From an uncultured virus (IMG/VR IMGVR_UViG_3300042695_001232) (taxonomy: Duplodnaviria > Heunggongvirae > Uroviricota > Caudoviricetes), in IMG/VR virus record IMGVR_UViG_3300042695_001232: 64,000 nt of DNA. One strand, given 5' to 3'. The notes below the pieces were generated by a model. It was not told where the DNA came from, searched no databases, and saw only the letters and a program-made list of their open reading frames with translations. Positions 10,478-20,357 of this stretch are shown in pieces. Position numbers and translations under genes: made by a program. Within the stretch, counting starts at the first letter, position 1. Each line of letters starts with the position of its first letter.

Positions 10478-11383
10478 ATGAAAGTACAAATTGTTACACA
10501 CCTTCTTCCCCACGAATTGGATGAATTTGAACGTCAGTTAACCGTATTGAGTCAAGAACTGATTGATTCACATGAAGTCATCTTGGATGTTACATTGAAT
10601 TTGAACACCGTTGATTGGAATAAAACAAAAATTCCAAAAGATTTCTTTATTGAGAAGTTCACATCGTTGTCAAAGTATGTTACTCACACCAGTTGGGCAA
10701 GAAACTATATCTTTGATATAGATGATCATGGTACCTGTAGAGGTATCAACGACAAACGTCGTAATAGCATACGTAAATACGGTAAAGATGTAGACGCATT
10801 TATATACTTGGATTCAGACTTGGTATTCCCTCCAGCAACTTTGTCATATTCGATACACTGTGCTACTCAGGTAAAGAACAAATATTATATTATTTCACCT
10901 CAGATCACCAAGATTTGGGATCAAACGTGGGATCATTTAGTAAATCACCAATTTATTAACAACAAATATGGAAGTGAACGCATTATCAATCCATATTTTG
11001 AAGTTAACCGTAAGTCATATAGTGGTAATGTCAACTTAATTAACTGTGATCCTACCAAATTTGGTGGTGGGTGGTTTAACCTTATAAGTTCCAATCTGTT
11101 GACGTTTACGGATATTCCAGACGTTCTGGGACCGTATGGTGTTGATGATACCTATGTTATGTTTGCGGCTCAAATAATGAAACTCAATAGAGTAGATTTT
11201 CAACAATACTTGATGGAGAATATTATTGTAGCTGAGAACTATTTATTGAGACACAATCCATATAAAAACTACATTACATATTTTGAAGACAGAAACAACT
11301 TTAAGAGCAATGCAGAGGCAGCGTTAGGCGACTGCCTGAGAGACTTTGTTAACAAAAACCAATACTCATTCAAATCAATATGA
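10478..11383 (+). CDS. putative GT-A glycosyltransferase
   Basis: FIYLDSDL (DxD), FGGGWF, GPYGVDDT. Confidence 0.55.
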   Translation: MKVQIVTHLLPHELDEFERQLTVLSQELIDSHEVILDVTLNLNTVDWNKTKIPKDFFIEKFTSLSKYVTHTSWARNYIFDIDDHGTCRGINDKRRNSIRKYGKDVDAFIYLDSDLVFPPATLSYSIHCATQVKNKYYIISPQITKIWDQTWDHLVNHQFINNKYGSERIINPYFEVNRKSYSGNVNLINCDPTKFGGGWFNLISSNLLTFTDIPDVLGPYGVDDTYVMFAAQIMKLNRVDFQQYLMENIIVAENYLLRHNPYKNYITYFEDRNNFKSNAEAALGDCLRDFVNKNQYSFKSI

Positions 11384-11724
11384 TAGACTTATTAAACTCA
11401 ATTTTCATGGGCGTGGCATTTTTAATTGTATGGTTTCATACTGAAGCATTTATTGAATACGGAAAGTTATTCAAACTATCTAAAATTCTAAAGATAAATG
11501 AATTTGAAACAGCACACAACAAAGATTTTACATTGGAGTATTTACCGTGGTTAAAATCGTCATATCCAAACTTTTTTACAAAACTAATTAACTGTCCATG
11601 GTGTATTGGTTTTTGGTTTACACTAACAGTCTCACTATTTTTATATACTATTTATATTTTTCCAGTAATTTATGTGGCAACTCTTGTTATATATCTACAA
11701 ATAGTAAAACAATTTTTTAGATAA
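11380..11724 (+). CDS. small membrane protein, DUF1360-like
   Basis: Hydrophobic segments and LINCPWCIGFW motif. Confidence 0.6.
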   Translation: MIDLLNSIFMGVAFLIVWFHTEAFIEYGKLFKLSKILKINEFETAHNKDFTLEYLPWLKSSYPNFFTKLINCPWCIGFWFTLTVSLFLYTIYIFPVIYVATLVIYLQIVKQFFR

Positions 11725-11725
11725 T

Positions 11726-12025
11726 ATGGTGACCATTCAAAATTTTACTGAGTTTTATACTCTACTTAAAACTCATCCAAATATAACGCAAACAATTTCC
11801 AGTTTATCAGAATTTATTTTTTTGGTTGAACGGTTTAAAAATACTTGTAGTTGCCGCAACAGTGAAAAACAACGGCTTAAACTAGAATGTGAAAGCCGTT
11901 ATAGAACATTGGTAAATACAGACGTGTTGAATAATATTAACCTATTCAAAACATCATTGAATGATCAACACTTAAAATTCATTCAAAACAATCAGTCAAT
12001 TATCAAAGAGTTTTATCCCTTGTAA
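11726..12025 (+). CDS. hypothetical protein
   Basis: 99-aa ORF closing the + strand operon, convergent with 12013-13338. Confidence 0.65.
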   Translation: MVTIQNFTEFYTLLKTHPNITQTISSLSEFIFLVERFKNTCSCRNSEKQRLKLECESRYRTLVNTDVLNNINLFKTSLNDQHLKFIQNNQSIIKEFYPL

Positions 12026-13338
12026 ATATACCTGTCTTTGGTCAATATAATTCTGGGATCTTCTCTTAGTGCATTACGATATGGCGTAAATGATATTTGT
12101 CGTCCCCAGTTGAGATGATTCAAGATTTCTCTCTTTGATACACTACGTTTTGACTTAATGTAATTTACAATATCAGTATACGATTTGCTACGTTTAATTC
12201 CTTCATACTCATTGAGAATGTCCCAGTTATTAAACCAAGAACTCACGGTATTCTTCCACTGAAGATCATTTACAATCTTCTTCAAAAGTGGCAAATAATT
12301 GTTCTTGAATGACTTGTCATCCAAAGCTGCTTCTAACTTATTCAAAAACTCAGCTTCGTTTTCATAAAATAATGGATAATCATGACCAACCATTTCTGGG
12401 TAACACAATTTCTTTGGCAACAAATAAGGTAGGCCACGACTCAAACCATCTGTAACTGACAATGACCACGCGGAATATGTTTGAAAGTATCCCACACCCA
12501 CATGCATTTGTTTGATGAAGTCATAGTATTTGTTACGTTCCAATTCGACTCTCTTGATATATGGACGACATTCATCTGCCAATGTTACATATACAGTAAA
12601 ATCCTGACGTTTTTCATACAACTTGTCCATAACTTTCAAAAAGTCATTCCATCCAGTATATTCATTTGGACGATGATTGAAGAAAATAGATTTGTTAATT
12701 AGACTCAATCCGTCAAAGTCACTATCGGTGCCAAGATAATGAGGTTGAATTATCTGATTCAGCTTCTTTACAACCGAAATATTAAATCGTTCTTCAGCTC
12801 TTTCAAGAACCAGATTTTTAAGCCATTGTGAGTTTACTCCACATTGTTCCATTTCAAGAGTTCCCAAAACATTCAAATCAAATACATTCTTAGGATATCC
12901 AGTATTTTCAGCCACTTCATACCAATGACAATATCCAACAATCTTTGGCTTAATACCAGCATTGTTGTACACAAAATTTGAAAGTTGAAGAGTATGTTCG
13001 GGAAGATGTGAATAAATTACATCATAGTCTTGGTTATATAAATCAAGAATATCTGCCACTTTAGCCACATCAAAATGAATTCGCATTGAATTCGGATACG
13101 TAGGCAATTTATAAAAGATCTGTTCAGTATTTTCATGTTGTAGCAATTTAACGGGGCCGGGTGTAACAATAGTCCAGAATATATCATTCCGTATCGAATT
13201 TAAACTACGAATAATATTGGATAATACAATTACATATGAATCCTTTTCAAGATCATCAGAGTATGTGATATTAGGCCAAACCAAAATTTTGTGTTTATAT
13301 TCCTTTTCGTCCCACGTCGTTTCAAAAAATTCACTCAT
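12013..13338 (-). CDS. GT-B glycosyltransferase with C-terminal helix-turn-helix-like tail
   Basis: [34 protein letters not shown]...YPEM; basic tail [22 protein letters not shown]. Confidence 0.7.
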   Translation of the reverse strand: MSEFFETTWDEKEYKHKILVWPNITYSDDLEKDSYVIVLSNIIRSLNSIRNDIFWTIVTPGPVKLLQHENTEQIFYKLPTYPNSMRIHFDVAKVADILDLYNQDYDVIYSHLPEHTLQLSNFVYNNAGIKPKIVGYCHWYEVAENTGYPKNVFDLNVLGTLEMEQCGVNSQWLKNLVLERAEERFNISVVKKLNQIIQPHYLGTDSDFDGLSLINKSIFFNHRPNEYTGWNDFLKVMDKLYEKRQDFTVYVTLADECRPYIKRVELERNKYYDFIKQMHVGVGYFQTYSAWSLSVTDGLSRGLPYLLPKKLCYPEMVGHDYPLFYENEAEFLNKLEAALDDKSFKNNYLPLLKKIVNDLQWKNTVSSWFNNWDILNEYEGIKRSKSYTDIVNYIKSKRSVSKREILNHLNWGRQISFTPYRNALREDPRIILTKDRYIYKG

Positions 13339-14297
13339 AGATAACTGATAATAGTCTGTTTCAATGATTCTGTAAAGTTATAATATTGTAATTTACCAAA
13401 CTTTTGTTCATAGTCAAACATATCAATGGCATAACGTAAATCGTGACCTTTACGATCTGTTACATATTGAATGTAATCATAATCTACTTTTGTATTAGTA
13501 ACTTCTTCATATGCAATCTTAATGTTTTCAATCAATTCAAGATTGGTCATTTCATTATTTCCGCCAATCAAGTATTGATTTCCAACATCTCCGTTTTCAA
13601 GAACATTCCAAATACAATTTACATGATCTTTAACGTAAATCCAATCACGTATATTGGACCCATTTCCATAAACTGGAATTGATTCATTGTTTTTCAACTT
13701 TCTAATACACGTTGGAATCAACTTTTCAAAGTGTTGTCTTGGTCCAAAATTATTGCTACAATTTGTAATGATGGTTGGAAACTTGTATGTATGATAATAA
13801 CTACGAACCAACAAATCACTTCCAGCCTTTGTAGCAGAATATGGACTGTTGGGTCTATATGGACTATCCACAGTAAACGCAGATTCTTTTGTATTCAAAG
13901 ATCCATATACTTCATCAGTTGAAATATGAATAAACTTTTCAAGTTTATCATAATCAAATGCAGCTTTCATCAAATTAAATGTCCCAACAACGTTTGTTTC
14001 AACGAAAGCATCAGGAGAGTAAATTGAATTATCAACGTGACTTTCAGCAGCAAAGTGTACTACATGTGTAATTTGATGTTCCTTTAACGCATTATAAACA
14101 GCAACACTGTCGTTGATATCAACAATGTAATGTTTGTATCGTTCGTCTTTATGAAATTCCAATTCACGATTAGCAGCATATGTCATTTTATCAAAATTAA
14201 CAATACACCCAATGTCTGGGTTGTTTATTAACTTTTCAACAAAATGTGATCCAATAAAACCACATCCACCTGTGACTAATATGTTTTTTTTAGTCAT
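13335..14297 (-). CDS. rmlB: dTDP-glucose 4,6-dehydratase
   Basis: [55 protein letters not shown]. Confidence 0.96.
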   Translation of the reverse strand: MTKKNILVTGGCGFIGSHFVEKLINNPDIGCIVNFDKMTYAANRELEFHKDERYKHYIVDINDSVAVYNALKEHQITHVVHFAAESHVDNSIYSPDAFVETNVVGTFNLMKAAFDYDKLEKFIHISTDEVYGSLNTKESAFTVDSPYRPNSPYSATKAGSDLLVRSYYHTYKFPTIITNCSNNFGPRQHFEKLIPTCIRKLKNNESIPVYGNGSNIRDWIYVKDHVNCIWNVLENGDVGNQYLIGGNNEMTNLELIENIKIAYEEVTNTKVDYDYIQYVTDRKGHDLRYAIDMFDYEQKFGKLQYYNFTESLKQTIISYL

Positions 14298-15553
14298 ACA
14301 ATTTCAAATACAGGACAAGGTACAATAAAATGACCTCCACTCATTAGATATGGAGCCTCACGTCTCTTGAATTCATCAATGAAATGCCATGGCAATATCA
14401 AAAGATAATCTGGGTTAGCCTTTCTCATATCTTGTTCGGAATAAATTGTAATATCAGTTCCCACAGTCTTTAGTCCAAACTTATATGGACTACGTTCTGC
14501 TGCACCATCAATCAAAGTCTTATCCAATCCAAAATATTGAAGAAGAGTATTTCCCTTGGTTGATGCGCCATAGACCCAAATGCTCTTACCCTTTTCTTTT
14601 TCTTGTTTGATAAAGTTATATGTTTTTTCCTTCAACTCCTGAAGTTTCTTATAGAAATTCATATAAAACTCAACTGTATTTGCTCCAATCTTGTTTTCAT
14701 ACTCCAAAGTAGAGTTAATACGATAACGTGCAACATCACGGTATGGAGCAGTTGCAAATGATGTAACCTTAGCAATATCTTTCTGTAAGTATACTCGGAA
14801 AGATCCACCATTAACATCATTCAACTCACAATCTACAATCTTAAACTTGGCTTTTTCTATAACATGTTTAAATGAATGTAACGAGTAATACATCAAATGT
14901 TCATGACAAATATTGTCAAATGCCATTTGTTGAACCATCAACGGCGTATAACTCATTTGTACTACAAACAAACCTTCATCGTGTAACACATCATATACAT
15001 CATTTAGAAAAGCAACTGGATCCGGAAGATCATAAAACATTGCGATACATGTAATCACATCACACTTTCGTCCTTTAAAAATACTTCGATCAAACGTATT
15101 CTTTGAAAAATACTCCTGAACTACTTGATCAGCAAATTTAACACTTTCTTTGGTATAAGAATCGTCGGCGGGATCAATACCCAAACGTGAATATGGTGAT
15201 GGTACATAACTCAACAATGTTCCATCATTACACGCAATATCTAACCATAGTGGATTATCAGTTGGAGTATGAACCATCATACAACTATCAACCACGTTCT
15301 TAAGTTGATTACGCATCGTCTGATTCGTACCGGAACGGTACCAATATTGGCCATACATTTTGTTAGGATCTGCGCCTTGTTCCAACTGAACCAACTTTGA
15401 TGTAGGAGAATACATCAATTTCATTTCCGACCTATAGTCATCCGATGGTTGGTCCTTGAGAAAGTTTGATATAAACAAATCGCCTAAAGTAAACAATGAA
15501 ACCAATGGGTCATTTGATACTCTACAACTTTTAACTTTTTCAGTGTATTTCAT
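14294..15553 (-). CDS. NDP-hexose C-methyltransferase (TylC3/NovU-like)
   Basis: LDIACNDGTLL, FDNICHEHLMYYS, NGGSFR, YGASTKGNTLLQY, YLLILPWHF, FIVPCP. Confidence 0.88.
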   Translation of the reverse strand: MKYTEKVKSCRVSNDPLVSLFTLGDLFISNFLKDQPSDDYRSEMKLMYSPTSKLVQLEQGADPNKMYGQYWYRSGTNQTMRNQLKNVVDSCMMVHTPTDNPLWLDIACNDGTLLSYVPSPYSRLGIDPADDSYTKESVKFADQVVQEYFSKNTFDRSIFKGRKCDVITCIAMFYDLPDPVAFLNDVYDVLHDEGLFVVQMSYTPLMVQQMAFDNICHEHLMYYSLHSFKHVIEKAKFKIVDCELNDVNGGSFRVYLQKDIAKVTSFATAPYRDVARYRINSTLEYENKIGANTVEFYMNFYKKLQELKEKTYNFIKQEKEKGKSIWVYGASTKGNTLLQYFGLDKTLIDGAAERSPYKFGLKTVGTDITIYSEQDMRKANPDYLLILPWHFIDEFKRREAPYLMSGGHFIVPCPVFEIV

Positions 15554-15554
15554 A

Positions 15555-16421
15555 TTATTCTTTCCAATTTTCTAAACAATTATCCAATGCTTCATCCACG
15601 GTTCTCATTTTAATTCCCACATTCAACAACTTTTGATTACTCATCACACAGTTTGAACGTGGTGTTTTTACAGCCGTTTTATAAAAGTCATCTTCATTGT
15701 CAAAAAACTCAAAGATCTTGTCTTTAGCAATTGTTTTTTGCATCTTTTCAATAACTTGTTTAGTAGTCACAAAACCAGTATTTGTAACATTATATGTTCC
15801 GTATGGAACCTTTTTAACAAGAGTTTGTACACAAGCGTTAACAAAATCTTGTTTATTAGATATAGAGTTTTCAGCATCCAAAAGTTTCTTATAATTCAAC
15901 ATCTTGGACAAATAGTTTCGAGGATTGTGTTTTTCTTCAAATGGAATACGTAGTCTCCAAATATAATGATTGCCCCAATTGTGTCGAATGACATCCTCAG
16001 CAAGTGCTTTAGTTCCGCTATAAAAACTACAATTGTTTTGTTCAAAACTAAAGTTTGGACGGTCGTTTTCAGTGAATGGCGTACCATCTGATCTACGTCC
16101 TGTATAAATACACCCAGACGATACATGTCCAAGTAAAATTCCGTTGTTACGGCAAAATATTGATAACATCTCTGGAACTACAACGTTTCCATAAATGGTA
16201 TTGTGTTTATCAGTTTCACAAGCATCCACATTTGGTTTGCCTGTATATCCAGCACAGTTAACTATAGTTGTTAACTTTAATGTTTTATGTAACAGATCCA
16301 AATGAGTATACGTCAACTCCTTGGTAGGAGTTGAACACGTTCTAACTGGAAGACCGTTTTGAAATAATTGTTTATTGAATTCGTGGCCAATATAACCAGA
16401 TGCGCCTAATAGTAAAATCAT
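15555..16421 (-). CDS. NDP-4-keto-6-deoxyglucose 3,5-epimerase/4-reductase (UER1/NRS-ER-like; RmlD-related)
   Basis: LLGASGYIG, AGYTGKPNVDACE, SSGCIY, SFYSGTKA, WRLRIPF. Confidence 0.8.
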   Translation of the reverse strand: MILLLGASGYIGHEFNKQLFQNGLPVRTCSTPTKELTYTHLDLLHKTLKLTTIVNCAGYTGKPNVDACETDKHNTIYGNVVVPEMLSIFCRNNGILLGHVSSGCIYTGRRSDGTPFTENDRPNFSFEQNNCSFYSGTKALAEDVIRHNWGNHYIWRLRIPFEEKHNPRNYLSKMLNYKKLLDAENSISNKQDFVNACVQTLVKKVPYGTYNVTNTGFVTTKQVIEKMQKTIAKDKIFEFFDNEDDFYKTAVKTPRSNCVMSNQKLLNVGIKMRTVDEALDNCLENWKE

Positions 16422-16436
16422 AACTGTTCATATATA

Positions 16437-17279
16437 TCATATGACAGATTCTAAATAATTTCTATATTCCGATTTTGGCGTTTTTTCTATCAATTTAACA
16501 AATTGTGTTTGATCGATAAATTTTTGATTTAAACACTCTTCTTCAATACATGCAATTTTACATCCTTGACGGTCTTGTACAGTCTGTACATAATTACTTG
16601 CTTGTCCCAATGTTGTTGGTGACCCTGCATCCAACCAAACCGTACCTTTTGGCATTTTTACTACATTCAAATTCCCCTCTTCCATATATCTACGGTTGAT
16701 ATCGGTGATCTCATATTCACCACGTTTGGAAGGTTTCAATATTCTAGAATATTCAATTACATTATTGTCGTAAAAATATAGGCCAGGAACCGCATATTTG
16801 CTTTTAGGCATCTTTGGTTTCTCTTCAATAGACAACGCTTTGCCGTTAGAATCAAACTCAATTACACCATATTCTTGAGGATTGTTTACTTTATAAGCAA
16901 ATATTACCGCACCGGTGAAATCGACCTTCATACGGTTGAATCCGTGAAACACATTGTCACCCAAAATCAAACAAACACTGTCGTTACCAATAAAGTCTTC
17001 AGCAATCAAAAACGATTGTGCAATACCATCCGGTTTTGGTTGTACCTTGTAGGTCAGATTCAATCCTAAATGTTCACCATCACCAAATAACTTTTGGTAC
17101 AATGGAAGAAAATCATATGATGATATGATGCAAATATCTTTGATTCCACAAGAAATTAATGTTGATAGTGGATAATAAATCATCGGTTTATCATATACCG
17201 GCAACAATTGTTTATTAACAACTGTTGTCAATGGATATAACCTAGATCCTGTACCGCCTGATAAAATAATACCTTTCAT
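16437..17279 (-). CDS. rmlA: glucose-1-phosphate thymidylyltransferase
   Basis: GIILSGGTGSRLYPLT, KQLLPVYDKPMIYYP, LGDN, EEKP, RGEYEITD, WLDAG. Confidence 0.97.
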   Translation of the reverse strand: MKGIILSGGTGSRLYPLTTVVNKQLLPVYDKPMIYYPLSTLISCGIKDICIISSYDFLPLYQKLFGDGEHLGLNLTYKVQPKPDGIAQSFLIAEDFIGNDSVCLILGDNVFHGFNRMKVDFTGAVIFAYKVNNPQEYGVIEFDSNGKALSIEEKPKMPKSKYAVPGLYFYDNNVIEYSRILKPSKRGEYEITDINRRYMEEGNLNVVKMPKGTVWLDAGSPTTLGQASNYVQTVQDRQGCKIACIEEECLNQKFIDQTQFVKLIEKTPKSEYRNYLESVI

Positions 17280-17941
17280 ACGGAAAATATACGTTCATAT
17301 ATAGGTGATATTATCTTATTTAATTGATCATCATTAATTATATCTTGATAAGTTTTACCTTCTGATTTTACATGAGGCCATTCGACAACATAATCAGCTT
17401 CAGCCTTAACCTTCGGATCGTTCCATCGTTCATGATCATTGACAGGTTCTACCCAAATCTTTTGATTTGTATTAGCAATATCACCACGAATACGTCTACC
17501 ATCAGTAGGGAAACCATATGTGTATTTTGATATGTGAATCAACTTACCGTTCAAATCATTGTTGATCCAATATACCTCATCTTTAGGATAAAAGTTATAA
17601 CGTATGTCAGTTATAAAAATAACATCAGAATCATCCTTTTCCATTTCAGATTGAAGCTTTTCAGTCCAATACCGTCCATGTGATTGTTTACGTTTGACAT
17701 CACCATACCAAACAAGCATTTCTCTAAAGATCTTTTTTTCTTCAGTCTCTTCTGTAAATACATCCAATCCCAATTTATCTTTGACAAACTCTTTACAATC
17801 GTTCTTTAAAGAAAATGCAAGTGCATATGAACTACATGTCAATCCATATTTTTCAGATATAATTTTCTTAGAAATGTCGCAAAACAGATTTTTTCCAGAT
17901 CTTGCTACTCCTGATATTCCAATATAAAGTTTATTTTTCAT
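17276..17941 (-). CDS. deoxynucleoside monophosphate kinase (T4 gp1-like)
   Basis: IGISGVARSGKN P-loop, ALAFSLK, REMLVWYG, IFITDIRY. Confidence 0.8.
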   Translation of the reverse strand: MKNKLYIGISGVARSGKNLFCDISKKIISEKYGLTCSSYALAFSLKNDCKEFVKDKLGLDVFTEETEEKKIFREMLVWYGDVKRKQSHGRYWTEKLQSEMEKDDSDVIFITDIRYNFYPKDEVYWINNDLNGKLIHISKYTYGFPTDGRRIRGDIANTNQKIWVEPVNDHERWNDPKVKAEADYVVEWPHVKSEGKTYQDIINDDQLNKIISPIYERIFSV

Positions 17942-18446
17942 TAGTCATTAACTTTTCTACTTCACCATCCGTCAAACCATATGCTTTACATATATTGATC
18001 ATTTCTTTGATTCCATCATCCGTTTGTCCAAGAATCTCAGAATATTCTTCTGCTTCTGATGATGAACATTCATACCACCTCGCCAATAGTTTGTAAAACT
18101 CGTCATCGTAATTGTTCTTAGCCGCTTTAATATACTTATGAAACTGATTGGTACGTGGTACTATAGCCGTCAATACAGTATAAAAATTTTCAGAGGGCAT
18201 ACTATCTTGATACTTTCCAATATAAGAAAGTGAATCAAGAGCATTACGATCCATTGACAAAAACTTCATCAACATCACATGAGTAAAACTCTTTTTATCA
18301 GCATCACTCAGTGTTGAAAAATATTTTGGGTTTTGTACACCACGAATGTGATTGACATGATCAAACAAACCTAATGCTTTTGGTACATTACTGTTGTCTG
18401 TCAATTCCTTTTTTGACTTCTTTACTGATGATTTTTTTGTTGCCAT
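17931..18446 (-). CDS. clamp-loader small subunit (T4 gp62-like)
   Basis: LFDHVNHI, FLSM, HKYIK, YECSSSEAEEY pattern recognised as gp62-like. Confidence 0.65.
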   Translation of the reverse strand: MATKKSSVKKSKKELTDNSNVPKALGLFDHVNHIRGVQNPKYFSTLSDADKKSFTHVMLMKFLSMDRNALDSLSYIGKYQDSMPSENFYTVLTAIVPRTNQFHKYIKAAKNNYDDEFYKLLARWYECSSSEAEEYSEILGQTDDGIKEMINICKAYGLTDGEVEKLMTNEK

Positions 18447-18705
18447 TCTTATGGTTTTTATTGATTTCGTTTCTTAACAGTTTAAGATCTGACAATAACA
18501 CTTTTTGATTGTTTAGTAAAGTTGTTATAACCTTATTAGTGTGAACTGTATTTTCATCAATAATATTTTTATTGATCAGTAACATCTTATCGACCTGTGC
18601 CAAATAAAATACCACCAGAATAAATCCCAGTGGTATCAGTGATTGAAACTTATAGGTTAACAAAGATAATATTACTAATAGTGTAATTATAATCTTTTTA
18701 AGCAT
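18388..18705 (-). CDS. small membrane protein
   Basis: Two hydrophobic helices after MLKK; ATG at 18705 overlaps the stop of the 48-aa ORF upstream. Confidence 0.6.
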   Translation of the reverse strand: MLKKIIITLLVILSLLTYKFQSLIPLGFILVVFYLAQVDKMLLINKNIIDENTVHTNKVITTLLNNQKVLLSDLKLLRNEINKNHKNGNKKIISKEVKKGIDRQQ

Positions 18706-18844
18706 ATTCTTCGTCGTCTTTTCCAGAAATACGATTTTTGTCAAATTTCATCGGTTTAGACTTTCCTTTGAAGTTTTCCATCCGATTTTTATTCTTACGC
18801 TTACGTTCAAAAGAATCCGAATTGCGTCTATAAGTCTTTCCCAT
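18698..18844 (-). CDS. 48-aa basic hypothetical protein (not in ORF track)
   Basis: Hand translation: MGKTYRRNSDSFERKRKNKNRMENFKGKSKPMKFDKNRISGKDDEEYA*; fills the gap and overlaps the next start. Confidence 0.65.
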   Translation of the reverse strand: MGKTYRRNSDSFERKRKNKNRMENFKGKSKPMKFDKNRISGKDDEEYA

Positions 18845-18863
18845 ACTCTCTATAATTTAGTGT

Positions 18864-19100
18864 TTACTTCTTAACGTTCTTACGAGTACGAACACCAGCA
18901 ACATTCTTACTTGCATCAAGTACTTCACGAATTGCTCGAATCTGACGACCGTTAAGATCCAATCGAGTCTTTCCCGACTGAATAGTCATACGAGTCGCAC
19001 GATGTGCGCCATTCGTTGGGCCAGCAATATAAGTGTTAATTGTTGTATTCTTTCGTTGAACAAAATACGTCTTACGACGTGAATCATTAATAATCTTCAT
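18864..19100 (-). CDS. small basic hypothetical protein
   Basis: 78-aa Arg/Lys-rich ORF behind a sigma70-like promoter. Confidence 0.65.
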   Translation of the reverse strand: MKIINDSRRKTYFVQRKNTTINTYIAGPTNGAHRATRMTIQSGKTRLDLNGRQIRAIREVLDASKNVAGVRTRKNVKK

Positions 19101-19153
19101 ATAACTTTTATATTTTTTATTTATTTCATTAGTTTTAGAACTAACTTACCTCT

Positions 19154-19181
19154 ATCATATCATAACTATTGTCTTAGTCAA
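19154..19181 (-). promoter_or_regulatory. sigma70-like promoter TTGACT-N16-TATGAT
   Basis: Read on the minus strand upstream of 18864-19100. Confidence 0.6.
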
Positions 19182-20121
19182 CTAAATTCATTTTTTTATT
19201 GAATTCGATTTGAAACTTTTCAATAGCGTAATCTTTGGCTTTAAACTCCATTTCCAAATCCAACGGACAATTGGCATTATGAAATTCTTCGGGAAATGAC
19301 GTGACATAATATCCATGAGCACGCACGTTTTTTTCAGTGGGGTCGTTATCACTAAAATGAAACAACGGAACATATTGTTGCCATGTGTTTTTTGCCATAG
19401 AAATTGCTTCGTCGGCAGTTTGACGACCCGGATTACACCGAAAGTGCAAATTGTCGTAAGTAATGGGAATTCCAGTCTGTTGATAAACATGTTCATACAG
19501 TTGTTCCACATTCCAACTGTTAGGCTTGTCTTCGTTTTCCAAAACCAATCTACTCTTCACATTCACAGGAAGATCGTTGTATACGTCAATAAAACGCTTT
19601 GCGATGTCTTTTATATCAGCACCTTTGAAACAATTCATATGAATATTGATAGGTGCATCATAAGATTGTGGAAGTCCTAGATAATCCATCATTTTTCCAT
19701 GAGCTTTCAACTCAATAACAGATTTTTGAACTACATTGGGATTTGCGCTAGCAGGAACCACAAATTGATCGGGATGTGTCGAACAACGAATGTTATTTTG
19801 TTTGATTACAGATGCACACAATTCAAACTCACGTTTGATTTTGTCAAAGTTGTAAGTGGTTTCAATTGAAAGATTTGCTTCTGGAAGTGTTTCCAACGGC
19901 ATCATACCGCTACTGATACGGTAATTCCACTTACGAGACACACAATACTCTAGGGTTTTACGTGTTACAACTACGTTGTTTAGGGTCCGATCCGCAACAA
20001 TACGTTCGGCGTTGACTCGTTCCAATTGAAGGAAACGAGTTTTAGTCATGGTAGATGATTGAATTCCCTGTTCTTGAAGTTTGAGGGAAATACAACAAAG
20101 TCCGAAACGTAAATTACGCAT
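19174..20121 (-). CDS. uvsE: UV-damage endonuclease
   Basis: GLCCIS, YRISS, RCSTHPDQFVV, NIHM, RLVLENED, TYDNLH, FHFS, HG, EFKAKD. Confidence 0.93.
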   Translation of the reverse strand: MRNLRFGLCCISLKLQEQGIQSSTMTKTRFLQLERVNAERIVADRTLNNVVVTRKTLEYCVSRKWNYRISSGMMPLETLPEANLSIETTYNFDKIKREFELCASVIKQNNIRCSTHPDQFVVPASANPNVVQKSVIELKAHGKMMDYLGLPQSYDAPINIHMNCFKGADIKDIAKRFIDVYNDLPVNVKSRLVLENEDKPNSWNVEQLYEHVYQQTGIPITYDNLHFRCNPGRQTADEAISMAKNTWQQYVPLFHFSDNDPTEKNVRAHGYYVTSFPEEFHNANCPLDLEMEFKAKDYAIEKFQIEFNKKMNLVD

Positions 20122-20127
20122 GACAAT

Positions 20128-20156
20128 ACTTTATCATGCGTAAAGTTCTATGTAAA
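20128..20156 (-). promoter_or_regulatory. sigma70-like promoter TTTACA-N17-TAAAGT, probably giving a leaderless uvsE mRNA
   Basis: The -10 element ends 6 nt before the ATG at 20121; TG extension present. Confidence 0.6.
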
Positions 20157-20163
20157 GTATTTT

Positions 20164-20355
20164 TTATGAAAATACGCTCAACTCACCACGTTTCCATTGA
20201 ACGCCGTCGTAGACATAAATGTAATTTTCACAAACAATAATCTGTCCAAACGTACCAGCAGTACTTGGTGTAGGTGTACAAGAACCCGGATCATTCACAA
20301 TTAATGTTGTGATTGTCGCAGTTCCCGCTATAATTTCATCACATGTGTCTGCCAT
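20164..20355 (-). CDS. small fibre-tip-like protein
   Basis: C-terminal AGTFGQIIVCENYIYVYDGVQWKR, paralogous to the next ORF; ATG at 20355. Confidence 0.55.
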   Translation of the reverse strand: MADTCDEIIAGTATITTLIVNDPGSCTPTPSTAGTFGQIIVCENYIYVYDGVQWKRGELSVFS

Positions 20356-20357
20356 AA

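Noticed and set aside
11380..11724. Holin call for the small membrane protein
   Set aside because: No adjacent endolysin; the CPWC motif fits DUF1360-like proteins better.
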